Assembly: GCA_051003195.1 (NCBI GenBank)
Contig: JBPCLP010000046.1
Span: 1-61,917 of the forward strand
DNA length: 61,917 nt
Source: Candidatus Sumerlaeaceae bacterium
Lineage (GTDB): Bacteria > Sumerlaeota > Sumerlaeia > Sumerlaeales > Sumerlaeaceae
Direction: 5' to 3'
The number at the start of each line of letters is the position of its first letter. Within the stretch, counting starts at the first letter, position 1. This document shows, piece after piece, positions 47,601-56,290 of the stretch. Both the position numbers and the translations under genes were made by a program. The notes under the pieces are model-generated. The model saw only the letters and a program-made list of their open reading frames with translations, ran no database searches and was not told where the DNA came from.

Positions 47601-49186
47601 TCTTCACCGCGTGGTTCGGAACGGGCAGCAGGGTCGCGAAGCTTAGCATTCCCGACGAAATATCCGGCATGCGGATTCTAATTGTCGATGACACACCCGA
47701 AGACTGGACATACCCCATTAAAAACCTGGAGGTGCTAAGCTTCCGGGTCGATTTCGTTGCTTCGGGAGACGAAGCTGCTTCCCTTGTTCGGCAGCATGAT
47801 GGCTCCGACCCATACAGCATTGTCTTTATGGACTGGCGAATGCCGGACATGGACGGAATTGAAACAACTCGCGTAATAAAATCCGACCGCTCGGTTGGGA
47901 ACAAACCCGCCATCGTTGTCGTCACGGCCGTCGGCAGGGAAGAAATTCGCCGAAACGCCAGCCAGGCGGGTGCCGATGGTTTCCTTGTGAAACCTGTTAA
48001 TCCGTCGACGCTTGTCGACACTATCATCGAGCTGTGTGCCACGGACATCTTGTCCGGTTCATCTGCGGCAGTAATGGCCCTGAACTCTTTTGCGTTACAG
48101 GGCGCCCGAATCCTGCTGGTCGAAGACAACGAAATCAATCAGCAGATTGCCGTGGAACTACTCACCGCTGCCGGGGCAATCGTGGACATTGCAAACAACG
48201 GCCGGATTGCGTACGATAAAGTGACCGGCAAGAATGGGACCGCACAGTGCGGCCCCTACGATATTGTACTCATGGATATTCAGATGCCGGAAATGGACGG
48301 CTACGAGGCGACCAAACTGATTCGGGCAGATGGCCGCTTTGGCGCATTGCCGATCCTTGCAATGACCGCCCACGTAATGACCGAAGAACGCCAACGATGC
48401 CACGATGCCGGGATGAATGATCACGTTAGCAAGCCAATCGATCCCCAGGCCATGTTTGAGACGATCAGCCATTGGTTCAAGCCCTCTGTAGTACCCTCGG
48501 GATCATCCACTGCCACGGCGGAGGCTGAAACTCCGGAGGTGATCGAAATTCCAGAGATGACTTGTATCGACGTTGCGGATGGCCTGGCCAGGGTAGCCGG
48601 AAACAAGAAGCTGTACGTCAACCTGCTGCGCAGGTTCATCAGCAGCCAGGGGCCGGCTGCACTCTTAGTGACGGAAGCCCTATCTGCCGGCAACACGGAA
48701 CTCGCGGCGCGGGTCGCACATACTGCCAAGGGAGTTGCCGGCAACATCGGCGCTGGCTCTGTCCTGGTTGCCGCAGGAAATCTCGAAGATGCTATGCGAA
48801 ACAAAGAAGCCCCCGAGCGGATTACCGAGCTGGTTCATCTGTTTGCCGTCACCCTCGAAGAAGTCGTCCAGTGCATTGACTGTGCGATTGGATCCGTTAC
48901 AGAAGCCAGGTTGGGTCCGTCCCCGGAAGCAGTCGACCGCGAGCAAATCCAATCCGTTCTCAGTAAGCTCGACCGCTACCTGCGAAGCAGCGACAGCGAA
49001 GCGGGCTACTTTTTCGAATCGGTAAGGCCAAAGCTTCTCAGCGCCTTCACCTGTAGCGAGCTTTCAGAGCTTGGGCAGCGGATCGAGGAGTACGATTTTA
49101 AAACGGCTCTTGAGCGCCTGGATGGACTCACAACCCGTTGGCACGAGGAGGGGGTCAACGCAGAAAAGATGGCCGCTCATGAGTAA
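44690..49186 (+). CDS. Hybrid sensor histidine kinase: 5 PAS, HisKA, HATPase, 2 REC and Hpt domains
   Basis: FLANMSHEIRTPMN, GGTGLGLSI, two MD..MP receiver motifs, AHTAKGVAG Hpt. Confidence 0.95.
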   Translation: MRQMSSKTDSKPTGRSEFSGGEINLSFIQNTAERTRAEQLILDTVAYAESIVETVREPLVILSQDLRVKTASRAFYQSFNVTPAETENQLLYDLGNGQWDIPRLRTLLEEILPQNNQFNNFEVEHSFEDIGHRIMLLNARRIPQQGNQSELILLAIEDITVRKEFEAGLEKTRKELEVIKKSADESLEYAESIINTVREPLIALNQDLRVVTASRSFYEFFRVSHEETVGQLIYDLGNKQWNIPKLRELLEEILPQKAAFDNYEVEHDFSVIGRRIMLLNARQIQRGSGKERIILLAIEDITERKEIEAGLEKTRKELEVIKTSADEALEYAESIINTVREPLIALNQDLRVVTASRSFYEVFKVHPQETVGQLIYDLGNEQWNIPKLRELLEEILPQKAAFDNYEVEHDFSVIGRRTMLLNARQIQRGSGKERIILLAIEDITVRKEIEAGLEKTRIELEVIKKSADESLEYAESIINTVREPLIALNQDLRVVTASRSFYEVFRVSHEETVGQLIYDLGNKQWDIPKLRELLEEILPQKAAFDNYEVEHDFSVIGRRIMLLNARQIQRGSGKERIILLAIEDITVRKEIEAGLEKTRKELEVIKKSADESLEYAESIINTVREPLIALNQDLRVVTASRSFYEVFKVNPQETVGQLIYDLGNKQWDISKLRELLENILPQKAAFDNYEVEHDFSTIGRRIMLLNARQIQRGSGKERIILLAIEDITDRKRVQEELTAAKQKAEEATAMKSMFLANMSHEIRTPMNAVIGLSLLALRTELNSKQHDYLTKIHNAGVTILSLINDILDFSKIEAGKLDIEHTDFVFDEMIKNVSAVVSEKAASKGLAFRYNIPAEMPQNLIGDPLRLGQVLINLINNAVKFTTTGQIEVGVELVEKTGDRVKLRFAVRDTGIGMTQEQLSRLFQPFVQADGSTTRKFGGTGLGLSISLRLVEIMGGQIWVESQAGKGSTFIFTAWFGTGSRVAKLSIPDEISGMRILIVDDTPEDWTYPIKNLEVLSFRVDFVASGDEAASLVRQHDGSDPYSIVFMDWRMPDMDGIETTRVIKSDRSVGNKPAIVVVTAVGREEIRRNASQAGADGFLVKPVNPSTLVDTIIELCATDILSGSSAAVMALNSFALQGARILLVEDNEINQQIAVELLTAAGAIVDIANNGRIAYDKVTGKNGTAQCGPYDIVLMDIQMPEMDGYEATKLIRADGRFGALPILAMTAHVMTEERQRCHDAGMNDHVSKPIDPQAMFETISHWFKPSVVPSGSSTATAEAETPEVIEIPEMTCIDVADGLARVAGNKKLYVNLLRRFISSQGPAALLVTEALSAGNTELAARVAHTAKGVAGNIGAGSVLVAAGNLEDAMRNKEAPERITELVHLFAVTLEEVVQCIDCAIGSVTEARLGPSPEAVDREQIQSVLSKLDRYLRSSDSEAGYFFESVRPKLLSAFTCSELSELGQRIEEYDFKTALERLDGLTTRWHEEGVNAEKMAAHE
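44828..46890 (+). repeat. Five tandem 426-bp PAS-coding repeats
   Basis: YAES codon starts at 44828, 45254, 45680, 46106 and 46532. Confidence 0.95.
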
Positions 49187-50330
49187 TTCCACGCATCTCC
49201 AAACCGTCCTTGTCGTTGACGATACTCCCGAGAACCTTGCAATTCTGAGTTCACTGTTGCGCGGCAATTATCAAACCAAGATCGCCATCAACGGCGCCAA
49301 TGCACTGGAGATCGCCGCCTCGGAGGTCGGCCGGCCGGATCTCATCCTTCTCGACATCACCATGCCAGATATGGACGGGTTTGAAGTTTGCCGGCGTCTC
49401 AAGGAAGATGAAGCCACCCGGGATATCCCGGTTATTTTCCTCAGCGCACTAAACGAAACGGTCGACAAGATGAAGGCGTTTGGCGTTGGCGGCATTGATT
49501 ATATCACAAAGCCCTTTCAGGCAGAAGAAGTCCAGGCGCGCGTTGAAACGCATTTAAAGGTGCGTCGCCTCCAGGTGGAACTGGAAAAGAAAAACGAAAC
49601 CCTGGAGGCTTACAACCAGCAGCTCAACGAGTTGAGTGCCCTGAAGGATGAGTTCCTGAAAATTGCGAGCCACGATCTAAAGAACCCCCTTACCTGCATT
49701 CTTGGATTTGCCTCGATCATCGGCAGCACTACGCCAGCCGGCACAGTTATGAAGGCAGATACGCACAGCTGGCTTGAAAAGATCCGGCTGCAGTGCCTCG
49801 TGATGCAGAAGATCATCGAAGACTTCCTGGAGTTTCAGGCCATGGAAGACGGCCAGGTAAAACTCGCGCGCGAAAAAACCGACCTGAATGCCCTTGCGAC
49901 GAGCGTGCTGGAACGAAATGCTGGCTACGCAGAAAAAAAGTCCGTTACCTGTACCCTGGATCTTCAGCAGCCGTTGCCGCTGGTGGTGGGCGATAATGAT
50001 CGCATCAATCAGGTACTCGACAACTTCGTTGGAAACGCCATCAAGTTCAGCCCAACGGATCAAACAGTAACGGTGTGCACGAGGAGCAATGGTTCCAATG
50101 TTACCCTGGAAGTAACAGATACGGGGCCTGGACTTACGGAAGAAGACTTCTCCAAGCTGTTTGTCAGGTACGCCAAACTTAGCAACAAACCTACAGGCGG
50201 AGAGAAAAGTTCTGGCCTGGGGCTGGCAATCTGTAAAAAGATTATTGAAATGCATGGCGGCGAGATAGGCGCCTGCAATAACCCCGAGGCTGGTTCAACT
50301 TTCTGGTTCAAGCTTCCCATCCTGGAGTAG
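49179..50330 (+). CDS. REC-HisKA-HATPase hybrid response regulator/kinase
   Basis: VVDDTPEN, LLDITMP, ASHDLKNP, SGLGLAI. Confidence 0.93.
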   Translation: MSNSTHLQTVLVVDDTPENLAILSSLLRGNYQTKIAINGANALEIAASEVGRPDLILLDITMPDMDGFEVCRRLKEDEATRDIPVIFLSALNETVDKMKAFGVGGIDYITKPFQAEEVQARVETHLKVRRLQVELEKKNETLEAYNQQLNELSALKDEFLKIASHDLKNPLTCILGFASIIGSTTPAGTVMKADTHSWLEKIRLQCLVMQKIIEDFLEFQAMEDGQVKLAREKTDLNALATSVLERNAGYAEKKSVTCTLDLQQPLPLVVGDNDRINQVLDNFVGNAIKFSPTDQTVTVCTRSNGSNVTLEVTDTGPGLTEEDFSKLFVRYAKLSNKPTGGEKSSGLGLAICKKIIEMHGGEIGACNNPEAGSTFWFKLPILE

Positions 50331-50359
50331 TTTCGGACATTCGCCCGCGATCGGGACGG

Positions 50360-51388
50360 TTATTCCTGGTGCGGATTCGCAGGTGCTCTTTTTTCCTCCA
50401 GCCACACCAGCTCCGGTTTTCCGTTCGCCAGGATCGCCTCGACCATCTTCTTCAATGTTCCATCCTCGACAACCTTGTATAAATTGTCTCCCGGGCAGGA
50501 GGTCTGTGCCAGGTCGCGGTGACCGTAGATCTTCAACGGATTAATACGAAATTCGGCAGCTGCCCACGCCATGAGTTTCGCAATCGACTCGAGCTGCTTT
50601 TTGTTAGGTTCGACCTTACTGTAGTTTCCAAAACAATTGATCAGGAAATGGCCACGCGGGTCGTAGCGGGTATTTGTATCGCCCATGTAGTGGAAATTAC
50701 GGGCTTCGAAAATACCGCCGTCGATATCGATGAAAAAGTGATAAGGCACGTCGAACCAGTTGCGATCTTTTTCGCCCCAGATCTGCATGTTTCGCAGCTT
50801 CGTGGTCAGGTCGTCGCCCGCAAGATGGGTCGTTGCGCTGTGATGCAGGGTCAGTTTGTCGATGTGATGTTTTACGCGCAGCCGATATTCAGGTCCGTTC
50901 GCCTTGTCGGATTGCGCCACTTCTTTCGGCAACGATTGCACGGTAGCCACTTCAATCACGGTCAATCCAAATCCGAGGTCGCCTTTCTTTGCGTAGATGG
51001 CCACGATGGAGACATGATAGCCTTTCCAATTGAACGCGGCCCCCTCGCCCAGCGTACGTGTCTCCGTCGTTCCGCCTTGCTTCAGCGTGATGTTTACCTG
51101 TTCCCGAGCGCCACTTGTCTCGGCGGCCATCATCTGGGTAACGCTCAGCGACATGTCTCGAAACTGGAGCGAATCCCCCGGTGCCAGGTTCATTCGCATT
51201 CCTTCTGCATCGACGCCTTTAGGTGGGATTTCGCTCCAACTAGAGTGTCTGTGGATCTCCAGCTTGAGCACCTCACTCGTTGCCGAAGCCGCGCCCTTGC
51301 CGTCCGGCGGGGTGTCTGCCATGCATTCAGCCGGTTTCGCCACCAGGGTCGCAAACAGGGGCAGCAAAAAAATAATGTTTCGCAGCAT
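50360..51388 (-). CDS. Secreted N-acetylmuramoyl-L-alanine amidase (Amidase_2/PGRP-like)
   Basis: TLHHSA, DVPYHFFID, YGHRD, SCPG. Confidence 0.88.
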   Translation of the reverse strand: MLRNIIFLLPLFATLVAKPAECMADTPPDGKGAASATSEVLKLEIHRHSSWSEIPPKGVDAEGMRMNLAPGDSLQFRDMSLSVTQMMAAETSGAREQVNITLKQGGTTETRTLGEGAAFNWKGYHVSIVAIYAKKGDLGFGLTVIEVATVQSLPKEVAQSDKANGPEYRLRVKHHIDKLTLHHSATTHLAGDDLTTKLRNMQIWGEKDRNWFDVPYHFFIDIDGGIFEARNFHYMGDTNTRYDPRGHFLINCFGNYSKVEPNKKQLESIAKLMAWAAAEFRINPLKIYGHRDLAQTSCPGDNLYKVVEDGTLKKMVEAILANGKPELVWLEEKRAPANPHQE

Positions 51389-51616
51389 GTGATCTCAGCC
51401 TTGCGTGAAATCTTCCTGAATTGAGGTTACACGCCTTCCATATATTATTGAGCGACCTCTCCTGCAAGACTGTTTGCGCAAACCCGGGGCGTCGTATGAC
51501 TTTGGCAGAGGGCAGAGCTCCCCGATTGAAATTCCAACCGCAGTGAAGAACAGCCTGAACAACGGAATCCGCTGTTTCGCCGCAGGCTAGCTAAGCTCCT
51601 TCGGAGCAATCCGTAA

Positions 51617-51961
51617 TCACAGCGTATGCCTTCCAACTTTCCGCCTGGGACGTACCAGGTTATAGGAATTATCAATCCACCCCCTCAACACGTCTGGCGG
51701 CAGGCTCGGCCCCAGTATCACGGTGTTCCAGTGTTTCTTGTTCATGTGGTAGCCGGGCAGCACGCACGCGTACTCCTCGCGCAGTTGCAACGCCGTCTCC
51801 GGATCACATTTCAGGTTAACGCTCACCGGCAGCTCGTCCAGCATCATCAGGAGAAACATTTTCCCAGCCGTCTTAAAGACCAGCGCGGTGGGCCCAAACG
51901 GGAACCCTTCTGTTACATCGTCCTTTCCCAGGCAATAGTCCCGAATTTCATCCACTTGCAT
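51617..51961 (-). CDS. MmcQ/YjbR family DNA-binding protein
   Basis: FPFGP..LVFK..GKMF, NLKCDP, PGYHMNKKHWN. Confidence 0.92.
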   Translation of the reverse strand: MQVDEIRDYCLGKDDVTEGFPFGPTALVFKTAGKMFLLMMLDELPVSVNLKCDPETALQLREEYACVLPGYHMNKKHWNTVILGPSLPPDVLRGWIDNSYNLVRPRRKVGRHTL

Positions 51962-51983
51962 ATACTTAAACCCGCCGTTTCGC

Positions 51984-52304
51984 TTACGGTGAGAGTTCAA
52001 AAGCAAACAGGAGCGCTGCGCGCAGCTCATCCAGCTTTGCGTTGTTCAGCCTGCTTATTAAGCTTCCAATCTCTGACTTTTTGACTGTCATTAAGTGATC
52101 CAGATTTACGGCACAGTCTCGCGGCATGCCGTCGTGTTGTGTAAGGACCACTTCGCTATCGATACTGCGAATCGTGGTCGTAATTGGCGCCACGGTCAGC
52201 TCACCAAGGTATGCGATCGCGGAATTTCGCGTCAACACAACTACGGGTCGTTTTTTATCGGGGCGACGGAAACGAAACCAGCGCACATCACCGTGCGCAA
52301 TCAC
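51984..52304 (-). CDS. mazF: PemK/MazF-family toxin
   Basis: GDVRW..PDKKRPVVVL, VAPITT, AVNLD. Confidence 0.9.
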   Translation of the reverse strand: MIAHGDVRWFRFRRPDKKRPVVVLTRNSAIAYLGELTVAPITTTIRSIDSEVVLTQHDGMPRDCAVNLDHLMTVKKSEIGSLISRLNNAKLDELRAALLFAFELSP

Positions 52305-52531
52305 CGAGGCCAGCCCTTGAACTCTTCAGCCACATCGAACTCCCCCGTCCGAACGGGATATTTTTCGTATCCCGTTTTGTGGCGTTCTTCCCCTTCGCGT
52401 TCGATATCGGCTTGCAGCGCCATGCGAAGCGCGGACCTTGTGAACGCGGACCGCGTCATTCCTTTTTTGCGCGCAACGCGATCGACCGACCGGACCAGCT
52501 CATCTTCCAATGTCATCTGAACCGTTTTCAA
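52301..52531 (-). CDS. Ribbon-helix-helix antitoxin (CopG-type)
   Basis: MKTVQMTLEDELV..VD..A...TRSAF; 4-nt overlap with the toxin gene. Confidence 0.88.
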   Translation of the reverse strand: MKTVQMTLEDELVRSVDRVARKKGMTRSAFTRSALRMALQADIEREGEERHKTGYEKYPVRTGEFDVAEEFKGWPR

Positions 52532-52543
52532 TTAATGCGCCTC

Positions 52544-52575
52544 ATGTGGAATACTATAGCTATAATCATCCACAT
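52544..52575. promoter_or_regulatory. Putative TA operator palindrome ATGTGGA-N18-TCCACAT
   Basis: Perfect 7-bp inverted repeat around an AT-rich -10-like core, just upstream of the antitoxin. Confidence 0.55.
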
Positions 52576-52675
52576 TGGTGTTGCAGGATTGTTCACAAAA
52601 AGTACCGCGCTGAGTACGCAAAACAGGAGGCCGCGCAAAAAGCTTCTGCTTCTCTGAAAGCCCACATCGTGGACA

Positions 52676-53767
52676 TCATTCCTTGAAGACGACATTCGTG
52701 CCGGGACCGACCAGGCCGGCGAGCCGGAGGACGTCCCAGTTGGTCAGGCGAACACATCCATGGCTTACTGCATAGCCGATCTTTCCGGGAGATGGTGTCC
52801 CGTGAATCCCCACGTGCTCCCGGTTGAGATTAATCCAGACGACACCGACCGGATTATTCGGACCCGGAGGAACGAGGCATTCAGTGTCCGAAGTGTCCGC
52901 ATCCCAGAAGAGCTTAGGGTTGTAATGATAGGTGGGGTTCCGGTCGACTCCTTCCACCTTCCAGTTGCCAAGAGGCAGCGGATCATTCTTGCCGCCCAGC
53001 GTGATGGGCGCATGGAACAGGATCCTGCTTTGATTATCGACAAGCTGCAGAGTCCGGGCGTTCTTTGATGCAACGATCGTGTAATCGCTCCATGCCTGAC
53101 CCGCTACAGCCTTGCCAGTGCGCGAGAGCTCCATGGGGAACACGTTCGGCACGACGATCTGCTGTCCCGGCTGAAAGGGTATACCCTTGTTGTAACCTCG
53201 CAGCAGCGTCGGGTTGATGTGGAACTTTTCACCCATCTTTGCGTAGACGGAGGTATAGCCCAGGTACGTATAGTTCGACTTCTCCTGCATCGTCGCGGGA
53301 TACTCCTCCAGGAACGGGCCGTTCGTATCCTCTTCCGAAATTATGTAGTGTGTCCAGGGGGAACCCCCGGAAACCTCGAACAGCCTGGCGAAGGTTGCAG
53401 CGTCAAGTTCGCCGGTGCCGGGCAGCCCCTGGCTCTGCTGAAACGCCGCGATCGCTTTTTGTGTGTTGCCTCCAGGCCTTCCATCGATCTGGCCAATCGA
53501 AAAACCCGTGCGATCTAGCAGTATCTGGATCTCCTCCGTTCGCAATTGCTGCGGCGATTGCTGTTGCTGTTGGAATTGCGGCTGCTGTTGCTGTTGGCGC
53601 TGCCATGATTGGTGTTGCGGCTGTTGCTGCTGCGGCCGTTGCCACGGCCAATCGGCGGCAGCAGTTGATGCGAGTGACATTAAACCGCAGACAAGTACGG
53701 TGCATGTCACAGATTGCTTAACAGTGCATTGCATATAGGCGAGCATTGGACAGGTTCGGAGCCGCAA
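52676..53767 (-). CDS. L,D-transpeptidase (YkuD) with peptidoglycan-binding domain and poly-Gln linker
   Basis: IDG..G.NT.KAI.AFQ; PGPNNPVG; GIHGT; SHGCVRL. Confidence 0.92.
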   Translation of the reverse strand: MRLRTCPMLAYMQCTVKQSVTCTVLVCGLMSLASTAAADWPWQRPQQQQPQHQSWQRQQQQQPQFQQQQQSPQQLRTEEIQILLDRTGFSIGQIDGRPGGNTQKAIAAFQQSQGLPGTGELDAATFARLFEVSGGSPWTHYIISEEDTNGPFLEEYPATMQEKSNYTYLGYTSVYAKMGEKFHINPTLLRGYNKGIPFQPGQQIVVPNVFPMELSRTGKAVAGQAWSDYTIVASKNARTLQLVDNQSRILFHAPITLGGKNDPLPLGNWKVEGVDRNPTYHYNPKLFWDADTSDTECLVPPGPNNPVGVVWINLNREHVGIHGTPSPGKIGYAVSHGCVRLTNWDVLRLAGLVGPGTNVVFKE

Positions 53768-53834
53768 GCAAAAGGAATTTATAAAAGAATACCTGCTGTA
53801 CGGTATTCCAAATCACTGCACATGGACTAACCGC

Positions 53835-55031
53835 ATGCTGGACCTTTTCTCTGACGATATGCGCCGCAACCCGTTTCCGGCGTACGGCATGATGCGCGAC
53901 GCGTCGCCGGTCTTCCACCATGAACAATTCGGAACCTGGATGATTTTTGATTATGACGGGGTGAAGCGCGCGCTGATGGATCATGATGCGTTCAGTTCCG
54001 ACTTATCGCACGTGCCTGGCATCGGCAATCCCGGAGAGTGGTTCATCTTCTTCGACCCGCCGCGCCACACAAAGTTGCGCGCTCTGATCTCAAAGGCTTT
54101 TACGCCGCGCGTGGTTGCCAACCTGGAGCCGCGTATCCGGGAAATGTCGCGTGAGCTGCTGGACCAGGTGATCGAACGCGGTGATATGGATGTGGCGGCC
54201 GAGTTTGCGGTGCCCCTGCCGATGCGCGTTATTGCTGAGCTGCTGGGCGTACCCGCCGCGGAGTGGTCGCGTTATAAGCGCTGGAGCGATGTGATCCTGA
54301 AGCTGGCGAACACCTTCTCAAAGGATGAGGAAGCCGCGCAAACGGTTCAGGAATATCGCCTGGTCACCGAAGAGATGCGTGCGTTTCTTCCGGAGCTGAT
54401 AGAGCAACGTCGCGACGCGCATCACGATGACCTGCTGGCCCGGCTTGTGGAGGCCGAGGTGGATGGCGAACGGTTAACGCCGGATGAACTGCTGGGTTTT
54501 GTGCAACTGCTGCTCGTCGGGGGGCAGGAAACCACCGTGAACCTGCTCAACAATGCGATCCTGTGTTTCATGGATCACCCGGAGCAGTTCGCGAAACTGA
54601 GAGCTGCGCCTGAGGTCCTACCTTCTGCAATAGAAGAGGTCCTGCGTTACCGGTCGCCCATCCAGTGGATGCCGCGCGCAACGAGGCGTGATGTGGAGGT
54701 GCACGGCATCACGATTCCTGCCGGGAAGCTTGTCATGGTGATGATCGGCTCCGCAAATCGCGACCCGAAGCAGTTCTCCGACGCTGGCCGGTTCGATATT
54801 ACCCGCGACCCCAACCTGCACATTGCGTTCGGGCATGGGATCCACTCGTGTTTGGGCGCACCGCTCGCACGGCTCGAGGCTCGCGTTGCTCTTACCGAAT
54901 TTTTTAAGCGGGTGCAAGACTTTCAGCCAGTGAGCGTCGAGCCGTGGGAGCCGCGCAAGGCGCTGCATGTGCATGGCCCCTCGCACCTGCCGATTCGCTT
55001 CATGCCCGGTCCACGCGCCGCGAAAGAATAG
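53835..55031 (+). CDS. Cytochrome P450
   Basis: GGQETT, EEVLR, FGHGIHSCLG heme motif. Confidence 0.95.
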   Translation: MLDLFSDDMRRNPFPAYGMMRDASPVFHHEQFGTWMIFDYDGVKRALMDHDAFSSDLSHVPGIGNPGEWFIFFDPPRHTKLRALISKAFTPRVVANLEPRIREMSRELLDQVIERGDMDVAAEFAVPLPMRVIAELLGVPAAEWSRYKRWSDVILKLANTFSKDEEAAQTVQEYRLVTEEMRAFLPELIEQRRDAHHDDLLARLVEAEVDGERLTPDELLGFVQLLLVGGQETTVNLLNNAILCFMDHPEQFAKLRAAPEVLPSAIEEVLRYRSPIQWMPRATRRDVEVHGITIPAGKLVMVMIGSANRDPKQFSDAGRFDITRDPNLHIAFGHGIHSCLGAPLARLEARVALTEFFKRVQDFQPVSVEPWEPRKALHVHGPSHLPIRFMPGPRAAKE

Positions 55032-55041
55032 AGCGATGCGA

Positions 55042-56139
55042 CTACTGCCTGGCAGGCAGTGGTTGAGGCGCCGCGCCGGGCTGGCCAAACGCCGCAACCA
55101 GCCCGTCGTACTCCGCTTTTGAAATCGGAAGCATGCATCCATGGCGCACGCGTGGCGGAAATCCGTACTTGTTCCAGTCCGCGATCCGCGTGTCTCCCGA
55201 AACCTGGTACCAGGGTCCGTCCGGGTGAACCGCAGCAGATAAACCGTACGACTCCCCGGGGTATTGCTCGTAATAGAGGTACCATGCCTTCCCGTCGGGC
55301 GATGGGATGAGCATGGGTGCTTCGCGAAAGTTCGGGCTCAGTGGAAGTGATGGATACGTGTAAGGTCCCAGCAACTCCGCAGAAGAGGAGATTCGTATCG
55401 TCTTTCCCGTAACCCATTCGGGCGACGGATACCGCTCGTCCTTCAGTATAGCATAATAGCGATCACCGATCTTTCGGACAAACGTGTCGATCGTTCCCAT
55501 GTCCCACTTGAAGAAGCGCGTGACCGGCCCGGGAAAGTTTTTCAAGTCTTTCGACGTGACGCATAGCGTCCGCTGGCTTCCCCAGTAGCGCTCGGAGTCC
55601 TCTCCCTGTTCCGGCAGGTGCGGCGTGTGCCATGTGAGCAGGTACTGGGAGCTCGACGTGTCGTAAAATATTTTCGGTGCGCCGATCCGCTGCAGAGGGT
55701 TCGGGTAATCAGCGATCTTCGAGAGGTCCGGCGTAAAGTCGCTGTATTTGTCCCATTTCAGCAAGTCTTTCGAAACCCAGAAGTTGATATCGTGCGCATC
55801 GTCGCTCCGATTGCCGGCGATGTAGTATCGGCCGTCGTGCCCTTTGCAGATGTCGGGGTGACCTCGGTAATCGTCCGTAATTCTCTTCCCGTCGTTGAGA
55901 GTTTTCCAATAGAGGCCATCGGTGCTCACGCTGTAATACAGGCGGCCGTAGTCGCTGTCGGTCATGTGCGCAAACAGGTAGGCTTCGTATTTCGGAGGCG
56001 CGTCCCTCGATTGCCCCGGTGGATCGGGCTGCTTTCCAAACAGTGAAGTACAGAACAGCAGCAGTGTCGCGGTGAAGAGGGCTGCGGTATTGGTATTCGG
56101 AAGGAGAATGACCATCTGTCGCAGAAATCTACGGAGCAT
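55042..56139 (-). CDS. GH43-like five-bladed beta-propeller glycoside hydrolase
   Basis: YLFAH, GHPDI, GAPKIF, TIDT, REAP, RHG; start at about 56139. Confidence 0.75.
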   Translation of the reverse strand: MLRRFLRQMVILLPNTNTAALFTATLLLFCTSLFGKQPDPPGQSRDAPPKYEAYLFAHMTDSDYGRLYYSVSTDGLYWKTLNDGKRITDDYRGHPDICKGHDGRYYIAGNRSDDAHDINFWVSKDLLKWDKYSDFTPDLSKIADYPNPLQRIGAPKIFYDTSSSQYLLTWHTPHLPEQGEDSERYWGSQRTLCVTSKDLKNFPGPVTRFFKWDMGTIDTFVRKIGDRYYAILKDERYPSPEWVTGKTIRISSSAELLGPYTYPSLPLSPNFREAPMLIPSPDGKAWYLYYEQYPGESYGLSAAVHPDGPWYQVSGDTRIADWNKYGFPPRVRHGCMLPISKAEYDGLVAAFGQPGAAPQPLPARQ

Positions 56140-56290
56140 AGAACCTCGTCGGACAAAGAATTGCACACAAGTAATCATGGCACAACACTTGACGTTAATC
56201 GTGTAGTGCAACATCAACATAGTTTGGTGTCCCATTAATTCGTTCACTGGTTTTGTGTGCCGTCCGAGCTCGAAAGCTCCAAGTATAGCG

